A DNA stretch of 64,000 nucleotides, from NCBI GenBank assembly GCA_005223125.1, contig NJBH01000012.1, positions 32,001-96,000 on the forward strand. Direction: 5' to 3'. This DNA comes from Promethearchaeota archaeon Loki_b32 (GTDB taxonomy: Archaea; Asgardarchaeota; Lokiarchaeia; Sigyniarchaeales; SOKP01). This document shows, piece after piece, positions 1-9,444 of this stretch. Position 1 is the stretch's first letter. Every line of letters begins with the position of its first letter. The notes beneath the pieces are model-generated. The model saw only the letters and a list, made by a program, of their open reading frames with translations. It had not been told where the DNA came from and made no database searches. The position numbers and the translations under genes are program-made.

Positions 1-2114
1 TCAATTCCAATTAGGGTTATTTCTTGTGTGGTTAAACCAGCATAATCACCAATTTCAGCAATAAATTCCTTATTTTCTTCCGCATAGATTTGAGTTAATT
101 GGTAAGGCTGTGCCAATACAGATGATACTTTCTCAACGCCATCAATTGCTAATAATTCTACTTCAAATTCAGTAGTCAAGATTCTATTGGGATTTATAGA
201 ACTATCTAAGGTTTTTAAGGTCTGTAATTCTAAAAGTTCATTGGCAGAAATCCCATCACTGGCCATCAAACCAATTCCCCCTCCCCCTCCAAATCCTCCT
301 TGGAAAATGTCCTCTTGTTCTTCCCAACCAGTAGTCTTTATAACTAGATCTGATCCAAAGCTTAATTGTGTCATAGCAGTTTCTTGTGCTGATAAAGTGT
401 TAATAAGAGTAGAAGTAAAAATAACAAATGAAAAAGATAATGCAAAAATCATGACTGTACTCGAATTCCTTCTTTGGTATCGAAATATAAAAATTTTGAT
501 AACATTGTGGAGACGTCTAGTTATTGGGCGAAATAAATGAATTACTAACCTCAAAACTACGGGAACTAATCCTAGTCCCGCAAGAGTTAATCCAATATTA
601 AATATTAGTAAAATCGCTATCAATACTCCTGCGAATAAACTCATGTCACTTGAAACCATAATTCTTGGAATAACATAAAATACAAATCCTCCATTAAATG
701 CCAGAATTACACCTACTAAAATTAATTTATAATTAACTGAAGCTTTCTTTTGTAAGCGATATAATGTATCTTCGTGGCGATATGGATGAATAGATTCGAT
801 TAATTGAAGTTTCATGACTTTCAAAGCAGGAGCGATACTAACTATCATTCCTACACTAAGTCCCATAACATATGATATTATAATAGACCACCAAGTAAAG
901 GAGAAAGGTATTTGACTAAATCCTAACGCACTCTGGGAAACTACGGTATTAGCAAAAGGTATTATAACAAATCGAGAAAGAATAAATGCTGTTATAATTC
1001 CTGAAATGGCACCAAAATTACACAATAAAAAACCTTGCATCAAGACTATTGATAAACTATATTTTTTATTTGCCCCTAAAGTTCTAAATATCCCAAATTC
1101 TCTGATTCTTTCCTCTATAGAAGTTTTTAAAATACCATTAATTAGAACCCCCGAAATGAGCATTGCTACAATCGAAACGAAAACAAAAATAATTACTATA
1201 AATACGCTTAAAAGCTCGGACCATCCTAAAATTCTTAATTTGGGTAAATCAATATTATATTCATTTATACCTATCGCTATTTGAATATCTGTTACTAGGT
1301 TCTTCACAAGGGTTTTAGAACCTTCAAGATCTCTAATATCATATAAACTATTACTTTGTTTGAAAGTAAGTATTAAATCACTGCATTTCCCGTTAAATTC
1401 ACTAAAACCAAAATATTGATAAAGCGTGTTAATATCCACTATAATTAAATTATCATTACGGTACTCTACTGGCCATTTTAAATTGTAATCAAAAATTTTA
1501 TCAATTGTTAAATTTACGGTACGAGAGAGGTTTATATTTCCATGAGTTAATTGCATGTTTATTTCAATTATATCATTTTCAGAATATTTAATAATATCAT
1601 TAAATCCATGATATATTGCACAGTGATTTAAAGGTAATTCATTTAGATCAAGTAAGTCATTATACACTGGATCAATAAAGCGCCCAAAATTAATACTATT
1701 TTCCAAAGAAAAATTAATTGCTGAGATCTTGCACCAAATCTTTTCATTTGTTAGATCAGTAGTATGAAAACCTTCAGAAATATTCACATCTCCATAAATC
1801 TCCATTCTTGGTATATAATGTTCAATTGCATTAGTTGTTTCTTGTATTGTTTGAATAACTGGATCATAATTGAAATATGAGGATCTATTATCAGGTTCTC
1901 CATTATAATGTCTTATTGAGATAACAGCGTCTTGATTTCCTGAATCTATAGATAAATAATTAATGTAACCTACAGATATAGAATCTGATAATAATAATAC
2001 AACTGTAAGAAGGCCTATAGAAATAAGCATTCCAATTATAGCTAATAATGTCCGTATTTTTTGCTTTTTTAAGTCTAAAAAAGCATATTTGAAAATAAGT
2101 TTAAGATTAGTCAT
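1..2114 (-). CDS. ABC transporter permease (FtsX/MacB-like), partial, runs off the left edge
   Basis: Not in ORF track, presumably because no stop lies in the window. The reverse strand from ATG at 2114 reads MTNLKLIFKYAFLDLKKQKIRTLLAIIGMLISIGLLTVVLLLSDS..., a typical FtsX/MacB permease N-terminus with multiple TM segments. It lies directly downstream of the ABC ATPase. Confidence 0.85.
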   Translation of the reverse strand, partial: MTNLKLIFKYAFLDLKKQKIRTLLAIIGMLISIGLLTVVLLLSDSISVGYINYLSIDSGNQDAVISIRHYNGEPDNRSSYFNYDPVIQTIQETTNAIEHYIPRMEIYGDVNISEGFHTTDLTNEKIWCKISAINFSLENSINFGRFIDPVYNDLLDLNELPLNHCAIYHGFNDIIKYSENDIIEINMQLTHGNINLSRTVNLTIDKIFDYNLKWPVEYRNDNLIIVDINTLYQYFGFSEFNGKCSDLILTFKQSNSLYDIRDLEGSKTLVKNLVTDIQIAIGINEYNIDLPKLRILGWSELLSVFIVIIFVFVSIVAMLISGVLINGILKTSIEERIREFGIFRTLGANKKYSLSIVLMQGFLLCNFGAISGIITAFILSRFVIIPFANTVVSQSALGFSQIPFSFTWWSIIISYVMGLSVGMIVSIAPALKVMKLQLIESIHPYRHEDTLYRLQKKASVNYKLILVGVILAFNGGFVFYVIPRIMVSSDMSLFAGVLIAILLIFNIGLTLAGLGLVPVVLRLVIHLFRPITRRLHNVIKIFIFRYQRRNSSTVMIFALSFSFVIFTSTLINTLSAQETAMTQLSFGSDLVIKTTGWEEQEDIFQGGFGGGGGIGLMASDGISANELLELQTLKTLDSSINPNRILTTEFEVELLAIDGVEKVSSVLAQPYQLTQIYAEENKEFIAEIGDYAGLTTQEITLIGI

Positions 2115-2123
2115 ATGGCTAAA

Positions 2124-3302
2124 TTAGTTTAAAATTAATATTTCTCCTTCAATCCTCCCAAAAAAATTGTTTTCTTCAATTAACTCCTGCAATATATCAT
2201 TAAAATGTTCTGGTAAATTCATAACAATAGAATTTGGAATACTATTTTTAATTTCACTTACCGGAATTTCTACTCTCCCTTGATTTGCAAATAAATATTG
2301 AAAAATTTTACACTTACATTTCTCTTTATTTATTTCAGTTTCTTGTCTTCTTTTCAGTTGCATTATTTCAGTTTCCTTTAAACCTCCAATTTTACCTTCA
2401 TGAGTTAGTTTTCCGTCTCTCATATGAAAAACCCTAGTAGCAAATTCTGATACAGCAGCATCGTGGCTTACCGCAATGAATGTTGCTCCTCTTTTATTTA
2501 AATCTCTGAGAAGGTTTAAAACCATAACTCCTGTTTTTGAATCTAAATCACCCGTAGGTTCATCTAATACACAAATCGCAGGATCATTTGCAAAAGCTCT
2601 GGCTATAGCAACTCTTTGCTGTTCACCTCCACTCAATTCTGAAGGTGTATGATGGGCTCTTTCATCTAGTCCTACTAATCTTAGAAGGTCCAGCGCTTTT
2701 TTTCTTTTACCCCGACGACTTAACTTCCCTGAAAAGTGTAAAGGGACCATTACATTTTCCATGGCTGTCATTTGAGGGAGTAAATTATAAAATTGAAACA
2801 CAAATCCTATTCTTTCTCTCCTAATCTCAGCTAAGGAATTATCGGATAACATACTAATATTTCTGCCTTCCAGAAATATTTTTCCCCTTGTAGGCGCGTC
2901 AAGTCCTCCAATTAAATTGAGGAGAGTAGTTTTTCCCGAACCTGAAGGACCCATTATATCGATGAAATCTCCCGTATCTATGGTTAAATCAACACCACGT
3001 AGCGCTGCCACAGCTGTGGTTCCTAATAAATAAGTCTTATGCAGATTTTCAACAACTATTAAATGATCATAGTCTTTATCAGCAACTTTATCTTCCCTAA
3101 TTTCTCTTTTCATCTTTTTCTTTTCAATCTTCGACTGAGTAAGCAATTCTACTTTTTGTTGCTTTATATCTTCTTGTTTTTTCTTTTTTTTCCATTTTTT
3201 AAAGTTCTTTGAAACTTCGCCTTTCCAAATTGCTAAATTACCCGTTTCTTGTTCATATTGCTCCATAAGAGGAGTCTTTTTAATTAGTGTTGATTTGGGC
3301 AT
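2124..3302 (-). CDS. ABC transporter ATP-binding protein (LolD/MacB type) with extra N- and C-terminal domains
   Basis: Walker A GPSGSGKT, signature LSGGEQQRV, Walker B VLDEPTG, SHD switch; ~80 aa N-terminal and ~80 aa C-terminal extensions. Confidence 0.92.
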   Translation of the reverse strand: MPKSTLIKKTPLMEQYEQETGNLAIWKGEVSKNFKKWKKKKKQEDIKQQKVELLTQSKIEKKKMKREIREDKVADKDYDHLIVVENLHKTYLLGTTAVAALRGVDLTIDTGDFIDIMGPSGSGKTTLLNLIGGLDAPTRGKIFLEGRNISMLSDNSLAEIRRERIGFVFQFYNLLPQMTAMENVMVPLHFSGKLSRRGKRKKALDLLRLVGLDERAHHTPSELSGGEQQRVAIARAFANDPAICVLDEPTGDLDSKTGVMVLNLLRDLNKRGATFIAVSHDAAVSEFATRVFHMRDGKLTHEGKIGGLKETEIMQLKRRQETEINKEKCKCKIFQYLFANQGRVEIPVSEIKNSIPNSIVMNLPEHFNDILQELIEENNFFGRIEGEILILN

Positions 3303-3548
3303 TTTAAGTTCTCTTTACTTTAATTTATGCTTTTTACAGAAAAATCTTCTTTTTCGTATTAATATAATTTTTCACTTTATTAATATCACAATGCTAAAAT
3401 AAACTTTTTCAGAATACTAAACTTGTACAGATATGAAAAGTGTGAAAATCTTTTAAAAATTGAGGTTCTAATTAAATAGAACATTTAAAATCCTTTATGG
3501 AATCAAAAAATCCAACATTGTTTTACAACGGTGTAATAATAAAAAGAG

Positions 3549-4280
3549 TTATTTATTTTTAGTTTTTAGATATTCTAAGATTTTAGCATAGATATCTTTT
3601 TCAGCATCTTTTTTGTTTCTAAATTCGTCCGATTTTAATTTTTTTGTTATTTCTATTAATTCTATTTGTTTAGTTTTTTCTAAGATCCTTGGATTCTTCG
3701 CTATCCAGATCAAGTCGTGATCTTCCCCGCTTTTTTGATATTCAAGTTCGATAACAATAGAAGTCTTAAATTTTACCTGTAAAAATTCTAATAATTCATT
3801 TTTACTAGAAATTATCGGATTTTGAGCCTTAATATTCAAATCTGTGATAAAGGGATTTATAATTGTTTGTTCAACTATATTTAAATTATGTTCAGAATCA
3901 AGAAATATTGCACCACATATAGCCTCAAATACATCAGCTAAAATCCTCGTCCCTATAATAGGTTGGTTTTCAGTTTTAAATATAAATTCATGCAAATTCA
4001 TTGAATCTGCTACTCTTTTTAAATTTTTATCGCTTTCTAAAGCTGCTTTTATTTTAGTTATTTCACTTGGAGTATTTATACCCTCTTGATATAATTTTAA
4101 AATAAAAATAATTTTGATTACTGAGTCTCCTAGTGTTTCCAGAAATTCATAACTAGGTTTGCCTATGATATTCGCCATTTGTGGAGTAGTTAAAGCTTGC
4201 TCTAAAAGTTCTTCGTTTTTAAACTTATAATCTAAAAACTCTTGAAATTTGCGTAATTTATATTTCTCGATCGTAAACAT
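3549..4280 (-). CDS. rnc: Ribonuclease III family protein with C-terminal dsRBD-like domain
   Basis: YEFLETLGDSVI signature variant, LADVFEAICGAIFLD, C-terminal KNELLEFLQ...NKKDAEK dsRBD pattern. Confidence 0.85.
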   Translation of the reverse strand: MFTIEKYKLRKFQEFLDYKFKNEELLEQALTTPQMANIIGKPSYEFLETLGDSVIKIIFILKLYQEGINTPSEITKIKAALESDKNLKRVADSMNLHEFIFKTENQPIIGTRILADVFEAICGAIFLDSEHNLNIVEQTIINPFITDLNIKAQNPIISSKNELLEFLQVKFKTSIVIELEYQKSGEDHDLIWIAKNPRILEKTKQIELIEITKKLKSDEFRNKKDAEKDIYAKILEYLKTKNK

Positions 4281-4340
4281 AATTTAATTAACTATTATTT
4301 TCAGTTAAATTTAAAAATTTAGACGAAACTTTAATATAAT

Positions 4341-4772
4341 ATGGAAAGAGGAAATAAGGAAAAAATTATAGAAATGATTAAAGCAATTGAAAATAAGAAT
4401 TCAGAAATGGAAGAGTACATCTCAAATTTATCTATATTATCAAGAAATGATATGTTAAAAAAAATTACTCAGGATATTATTAATAATAATTCACTATTAC
4501 AAGAACTTTTAGGAACCGAAATGTATATTATCTCAAGTGAAGAAACTGAGAAGAACTCTTCAAGTTATATAATTGAAGGGTATATTAATAAAATCCAAAA
4601 AGATCCTTACAAGAAAATTATTTTTCTAAGAGAGTTCCTTGGATTATTCCAAGAACGAATATCCGAAATGGATAAAGAGGTAATACTGAAATCCTTGAAA
4701 GATGAAAAAAATGAAGAAAAATTAAGAGAGGAAATGATATCCTTAGCGAATACATTCAACCTTAACTCATAA
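4341..4772 (+). CDS. Hypothetical helical protein
   Basis: 143-aa ATG-started ORF with charged composition filling the gap between neighbours; no motif recognised. Confidence 0.6.
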   Translation: MERGNKEKIIEMIKAIENKNSEMEEYISNLSILSRNDMLKKITQDIINNNSLLQELLGTEMYIISSEETEKNSSSYIIEGYINKIQKDPYKKIIFLREFLGLFQERISEMDKEVILKSLKDEKNEEKLREEMISLANTFNLNS

Positions 4773-5159
4773 ATCAAATAATTGAAGCAATACTAATATG
4801 TGTTTTATTCCCCTAATTTTTATTTTTCCTGTTAAAATCTTTCTGACAACCTTACCTGTCGAAACATTGTCCCCACCAAGAAGTTCTAGGAATGAAGCTG
4901 TTGTAGTTTGTAATAAACCGTCCCAACCAGCATTTTTCTTTTTTATGCCTTCTTTTGGATTATTTTTAATGCCTTCTACATATATTTTGCCTTTATCTAT
5001 TATCAACAATGCCGCCCATTTTCCATCCTTTGCATTTAAAAGAACCTTCACTTCAGTATCTTTAAATTTTTGTTTGAATTTTTCCATTTCATTTAAGGGC
5101 TCAACTTGTTTGGCTACAATTCCAGCAAATCCACGCAGTTTTTTTTCCTCTTCTGTCAT
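4767..5159 (-). CDS. SCP2 sterol/lipid-binding domain protein
   Basis: C-terminal FLELLGG...KILTGKIKIRGIKHILVLLQLF pattern typical of SCP2; likely ATG at 5159. Confidence 0.65.
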   Translation of the reverse strand: MTEEEKKLRGFAGIVAKQVEPLNEMEKFKQKFKDTEVKVLLNAKDGKWAALLIIDKGKIYVEGIKNNPKEGIKKKNAGWDGLLQTTTASFLELLGGDNVSTGKVVRKILTGKIKIRGIKHILVLLQLFDL

Positions 5160-5326
5160 ATGAATCAAAATTTAGTAATGTTATATGTTGAAATTTTTTT
5201 TCTAATTATAATTTAATTACTTCTTAAATAATTTAAAGGTTTAAACAATGATATTAGGAATTTTTTATTTTAGCTAAACTAAGGAAGAATAAGTGATTTA
5301 ACCCTAACATTCACAAGAAGGCAATA

Positions 5327-5581
5327 TTAATACGCGTCTCCGTCGACTATATCGAATAGATCTTCATAAGCTTTACGGTCATCTCCAGAAATTCTGTCTC
5401 CCCTTAAACTCTCCTTTACTACAATTGGAGCACTTTCTTTTTCATCATGTTTAATTGATTTTTTTATTGTATAATCTTCTGTTTTTGAAGTATCTAAATC
5501 GAATTCTTCTTCACATGCCTTACAGTGTAGTTTTCCGTTTTTTGGGACTAGCATATTTCCGCAATTGTCGCAAAATTTCAT
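5327..5581 (-). CDS. TFS/RpoM-like protein with N-terminal Zn ribbon only
   Basis: MKFCDNCGNMLVPKNGKLHCKAC matches the TFS/Rpb9 N-terminal ribbon; GGTGA RBS precedes ATG 5581; no second Zn ribbon. Confidence 0.75.
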   Translation of the reverse strand: MKFCDNCGNMLVPKNGKLHCKACEEEFDLDTSKTEDYTIKKSIKHDEKESAPIVVKESLRGDRISGDDRKAYEDLFDIVDGDAY

Positions 5582-5956
5582 AATTTTTAAGATCACCTGT
5601 GATATCTTTTAACTCAAATATTTAAACTTATCGGTTTATTAGGTCATTTCCTATGTTTTTTTACTTTATCAGAAGTATAAAAAAAATTATAGCTTTATAA
5701 ATTTAACTTTTTCTTTGTATTATGTGTTGCCATTTCACACATATAAATCTGATGTTTTAACGTCAATAAAATTTTAACAGAGTAGATGATCCTATCGATC
5801 AAATAAACCCATAGAATTTGTGATCAAATGTTTATTTGAACAAAAGGTAGTGCTAAATCTGGAAAATAAAAAAATTCAAAAAAAGATAATTAATTATTTA
5901 ATTCTTAGTCTTATCAATAAAATTTAATTAGGGAATATTAAAAATCATAGAATAAA

Positions 5957-6688
5957 ATGAATAGCAAAGAGAAAGTTTTAATATTTGCTCATAGAGGAGT
6001 CAGCAATTTAGCACCTGAGAATACTTTAAAAGCATTTAAAAAAGCAATTGAATTAAAAGCTGACTATATTGAATTTGACGTTCATCGATCTAAAGATGGG
6101 GAAATTGTAATTATGCACGATGCTAATACATTCAGAATGACTGGTCATTTTAGATTAATAAAAGAAATGACCCTTGAAGAGTTAAAACAACTCGATTGCG
6201 GAGATGGTGAAAAAATACCAACCTTGCGAGAACTAGTTAGATTAGCAAAGGGTAAGATTTGCTTGAATTGTGAGGTAAAAGTTAGAGGTATTGCTGAACA
6301 AATTGTAAAGATTTTCAATGAAGAAGATAGTTTTGAAACAACGATAATTAGTTCATTTAAACACGATGTTCTATTGAAAATTCAGAAATTAGAACCACGA
6401 ATTAAATTGGCATCTTTAGAACCCACTCGAACTGGATGGATAAAAAGTTGGTTATCAAGGAAAAAATTAATTAGGCTAGCAATTAATAATAAGTTTTATG
6501 CTATTAATCCTTTCTTTAAACTTGTAAACAAAAATTTTATAGATAAAGCTCATAATAATAACCTCAAAATTTTTCCTTGGACTGTGAATTCTTATTCTGC
6601 CATAAAGAAACTGATTAATAATGGCGCTGATGGAATTATTACCAATGAAGTCAAAAAAGTTAGAGAGTTATTGAATCGAATAAATTAA
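5957..6688 (+). CDS. Glycerophosphodiester phosphodiesterase (GDPD)
   Basis: AHRG...APENTL, IEFDVH, HD, WTVN, DGIITN motifs. Confidence 0.93.
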   Translation: MNSKEKVLIFAHRGVSNLAPENTLKAFKKAIELKADYIEFDVHRSKDGEIVIMHDANTFRMTGHFRLIKEMTLEELKQLDCGDGEKIPTLRELVRLAKGKICLNCEVKVRGIAEQIVKIFNEEDSFETTIISSFKHDVLLKIQKLEPRIKLASLEPTRTGWIKSWLSRKKLIRLAINNKFYAINPFFKLVNKNFIDKAHNNNLKIFPWTVNSYSAIKKLINNGADGIITNEVKKVRELLNRIN

Positions 6689-6721
6689 ATCTCTCTTTAT
6701 AATAAAACAAATGAAATAATT

Positions 6722-7030
6722 ATGAATGAAAGTAAAAGTCAACCTTTAATTATTGGCCATAGAGGGGCTTATGATGAGGCTCCTGAAAACACATTAAAAG
6801 GATTTAAAAAAGCAATTGAATTAGGGGCTGATTATCTCGAATTTGATGTACACCAATCTAAAGATGGAGCACTTGTAGTAATTCATGACATTGATATCCT
6901 CAGAAGAATGGGGATTGATAACTCTATAGTGCAATTGACATTAAGAGAATTACAAGAATTAGATCTTGGAGAAGGTGAAAGAGTTCCTGAATTATGGGAA
7001 GTTTTGGAACTCCCTTTTGATATTTTTTGA
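6722..7030 (+). pseudogene. Truncated GDPD paralog (N-terminal ~95 aa only)
   Basis: GHRG...APENTL, LEFDVH motifs; similarity to the upstream copy stops near VLEL (~7010). Confidence 0.8.
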
Positions 7031-7073
7031 ACCAAGGTTTATTATCATCAACATACCATTTAAGTCCATTCAT
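7002..7073 (-). pseudogene. N-terminal stub of a long-chain acyl-CoA ligase (FadD-like)
   Basis: Reverse strand from ATG 7073 reads MNGLKWYVDDNKPWFKKYQKGVPK, matching the KPWxxxYxxGVP start of FadD-type ligases, then runs into the antisense of the GDPD fragment. Confidence 0.6.
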
Positions 7074-7228
7074 AAAAATTCCACTTATATATTTTATTTT
7101 CCAGATTTACATCAATTTAAAATTATTCGCTAAAATTATTAATAAATGTTTGTCCATTTCAATAAATTATTGCCATCTGGATTCAACTTTAGAGCTTCAT
7201 CAATATATCCAAGTTCCAAACAAATATC

Positions 7229-8008
7229 TTAATATTTGTCTTTTACTTCAATTGGACGCCCGGGACTACCTTGGTAATATAATTTTTCCGGTTTACCTCT
7301 CCAATTTTTATGTAGAACAGTGTTTGGATATATTACATTGTTATCTGTACTCAATGCTCCACAACCCATTATTGTTCCTGGATAAAATGTATTGTTTTTA
7401 CCCACTTTAATTTCCATCATTGTTATTTTTCCAAAAATTGTATTTACTGCATGACTTGAAAACCCGCTTGTAGGATATACAAAAGTGTTATCACCCAAAT
7501 CAGTAAATTCTAAACCAACATATGAATCATAATAAATTACATTCTTGCCAATTTTATTATGACTGATTTTACGAAGTGTACGATTAATAAGCCAAGGGAA
7601 TGGTGATTTAGATGTTAACCATATCGGAAATTTTATTATAAACCCTCGTTTGTGGTAATATTTCATCATTTTTCCTTCCTCACTGTTTGCATCATCCAGA
7701 ACTCGCCTGAATACTCCTTGTTTAGGAGGAGATTTTTTATTCCAGCTCCGAGCCCAAAATGCCGTAAACTCAATCAAAACAACAAGGTATATATAGTAAA
7801 GGATTAATAACAAAACTGGTAATGTAAATAAATGGATAATTGGAGGTATTGAGAGTAGATTAATAAAACCATATTCAAATAATAAGAAAAGACCTAAACA
7901 TACGTAAAGAGGTACTAAGAAGCTAATAAAATTAATTTTAAAGAAGTCTAAAGCAGGAAGTTCTACAGTTTTTTCCAACTTTTCTTCAAAACTTGAATCA
8001 GCTTCCAT
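7229..8008 (-). CDS. Membrane protein with C-terminal hexapeptide-repeat (left-handed beta-helix) acyltransferase-like domain
   Basis: Two N-terminal TM helices; IGKNVI, LGDNTF, VGKNNT repeats; terminal YQGSPGRPI. Confidence 0.65.
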   Translation of the reverse strand: MEADSSFEEKLEKTVELPALDFFKINFISFLVPLYVCLGLFLLFEYGFINLLSIPPIIHLFTLPVLLLILYYIYLVVLIEFTAFWARSWNKKSPPKQGVFRRVLDDANSEEGKMMKYYHKRGFIIKFPIWLTSKSPFPWLINRTLRKISHNKIGKNVIYYDSYVGLEFTDLGDNTFVYPTSGFSSHAVNTIFGKITMMEIKVGKNNTFYPGTIMGCGALSTDNNVIYPNTVLHKNWRGKPEKLYYQGSPGRPIEVKDKY

Positions 8009-8073
8009 ATTATAATATTTACTGAGGAATTATAAAAAATTAATTATTTCTCATTAAAGTCATTCGACAATTA

Positions 8074-9354
8074 TTACGCTGTATGTTCCAAATCTTTAAA
8101 TTGTACTTTTTCTCTATATATTACAATCTGTTTGAAAGACATCATTAACGCTACAAATGCGAGTATTCCCATAACTGATCCAAACAATAATGGATCATTA
8201 GGCATAAATAATGTTCCTATAATGGGTCCAAAAATCTGAGCAAGACTATCCAATGTTGATGTATAACCATTTATTTTTCCTACTTCTTTTGGAGAGACAG
8301 TTTCAGTAACTTTACTCATCAAAAGACCTCTAGCACATGATACACCATAACTCGCAACAACCATTAATACTATAAATATCCACCATTCTTGATAAAAGGC
8401 ACCAAAAATCCCTACAAGAATAAATGTTATTACTAAAATAGACAATCCTAATATTTTCATCTTTTTTTCGCCCAGTAATCTCAAAGTAGTTTTAAATACT
8501 GTAAAGCGAACGATTGCTCGTGATATACCCGATATTGTTAATAATAAACTAACACCTAAAGTATCTAATCCTAAGATTAAAGCGATAAAAATGGCTAAAG
8601 TGGATACATACATAATGAAAGAGAAAGTATGAAACGCAAACTGGGTTAATAAGTATACAGCATCCTTATTATTCCATAACTTTAATTTTATTTTAATTTC
8701 TTTGTCTACTTTTTGTCTTTTAGATTTTGGCCATGATTCTTTTATAAAGAAGAATGTGATAATAATAGTTGAAAAAGAAAGACAAGCTGCAACTAAACCT
8801 GGAAGAGCAAGTGGAAAATCAGGACCAAAGATTAGAAAAACCGATAAAAACCCTCCTAATCCTGGAGCTACTAACCCTGCTAAGGTATGAGCAACTCCAA
8901 GATTTGTCATTTGAAGTCCTCTATCTCTTGGAGGAACACTGTCAGTAATGATGGCTTTTGTAATAGGGTAATTACCACCGAAAATACCATCAACAATCCG
9001 TGCTACAAAAAGCAAATTAAGAGAGTTTGAGAATGCTAAAATTAGAAAAGCTGAACATGTTCCAGCTTCAGCAATTAGAAGCATAGGTCTTCTGCCAAAT
9101 TTATCACTTAATCTTCCCCATATAGGGGCAGAAAAAAGTGTAAATACAGCATTTGTAGCAAGAAGCAATCCAATAACTAAAGGTGTAGTATTGTAAGTTT
9201 TTATCAGGGAGGGTAAATAAGGGATGATTATATAAAAACCTAAAATATCAATGAAAAGCCCAAACCATAAAGCGCTTAATTCAGGGTATTTTTTTTTAGC
9301 TGATCTACCAGAATTTTCTTTACTCTTTAAAATGTCATTAGCTTTTTGTTTCAT
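8074..9354 (-). CDS. MFS transporter (TetA/DHA1-like)
   Basis: Motif A GRLSDKFGRRP, ARIVDGIFGGN, about 12 TM segments. Confidence 0.9.
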   Translation of the reverse strand: MKQKANDILKSKENSGRSAKKKYPELSALWFGLFIDILGFYIIIPYLPSLIKTYNTTPLVIGLLLATNAVFTLFSAPIWGRLSDKFGRRPMLLIAEAGTCSAFLILAFSNSLNLLFVARIVDGIFGGNYPITKAIITDSVPPRDRGLQMTNLGVAHTLAGLVAPGLGGFLSVFLIFGPDFPLALPGLVAACLSFSTIIITFFFIKESWPKSKRQKVDKEIKIKLKLWNNKDAVYLLTQFAFHTFSFIMYVSTLAIFIALILGLDTLGVSLLLTISGISRAIVRFTVFKTTLRLLGEKKMKILGLSILVITFILVGIFGAFYQEWWIFIVLMVVASYGVSCARGLLMSKVTETVSPKEVGKINGYTSTLDSLAQIFGPIIGTLFMPNDPLLFGSVMGILAFVALMMSFKQIVIYREKVQFKDLEHTA

Positions 9355-9444
9355 ATTGATGTTTAAAAAAGAATCTATATTAACTGTAAATCGGAAAATA
9401 TCGAATCCTTTTTAAAATTATTATTAATAAAAAAAAATATTGAA

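Noticed and set aside
187-1284. Plus-strand ORFs 187..540 and 1006..1284
   Set aside because: Antisense shadows of the minus-strand ABC permease.
7027-7410. 127-aa ORF as continuation of the truncated GDPD (frameshift or TGA readthrough)
   Set aside because: No GDPD C-terminal motifs; overlaps an antisense real gene; composition is not protein-like.
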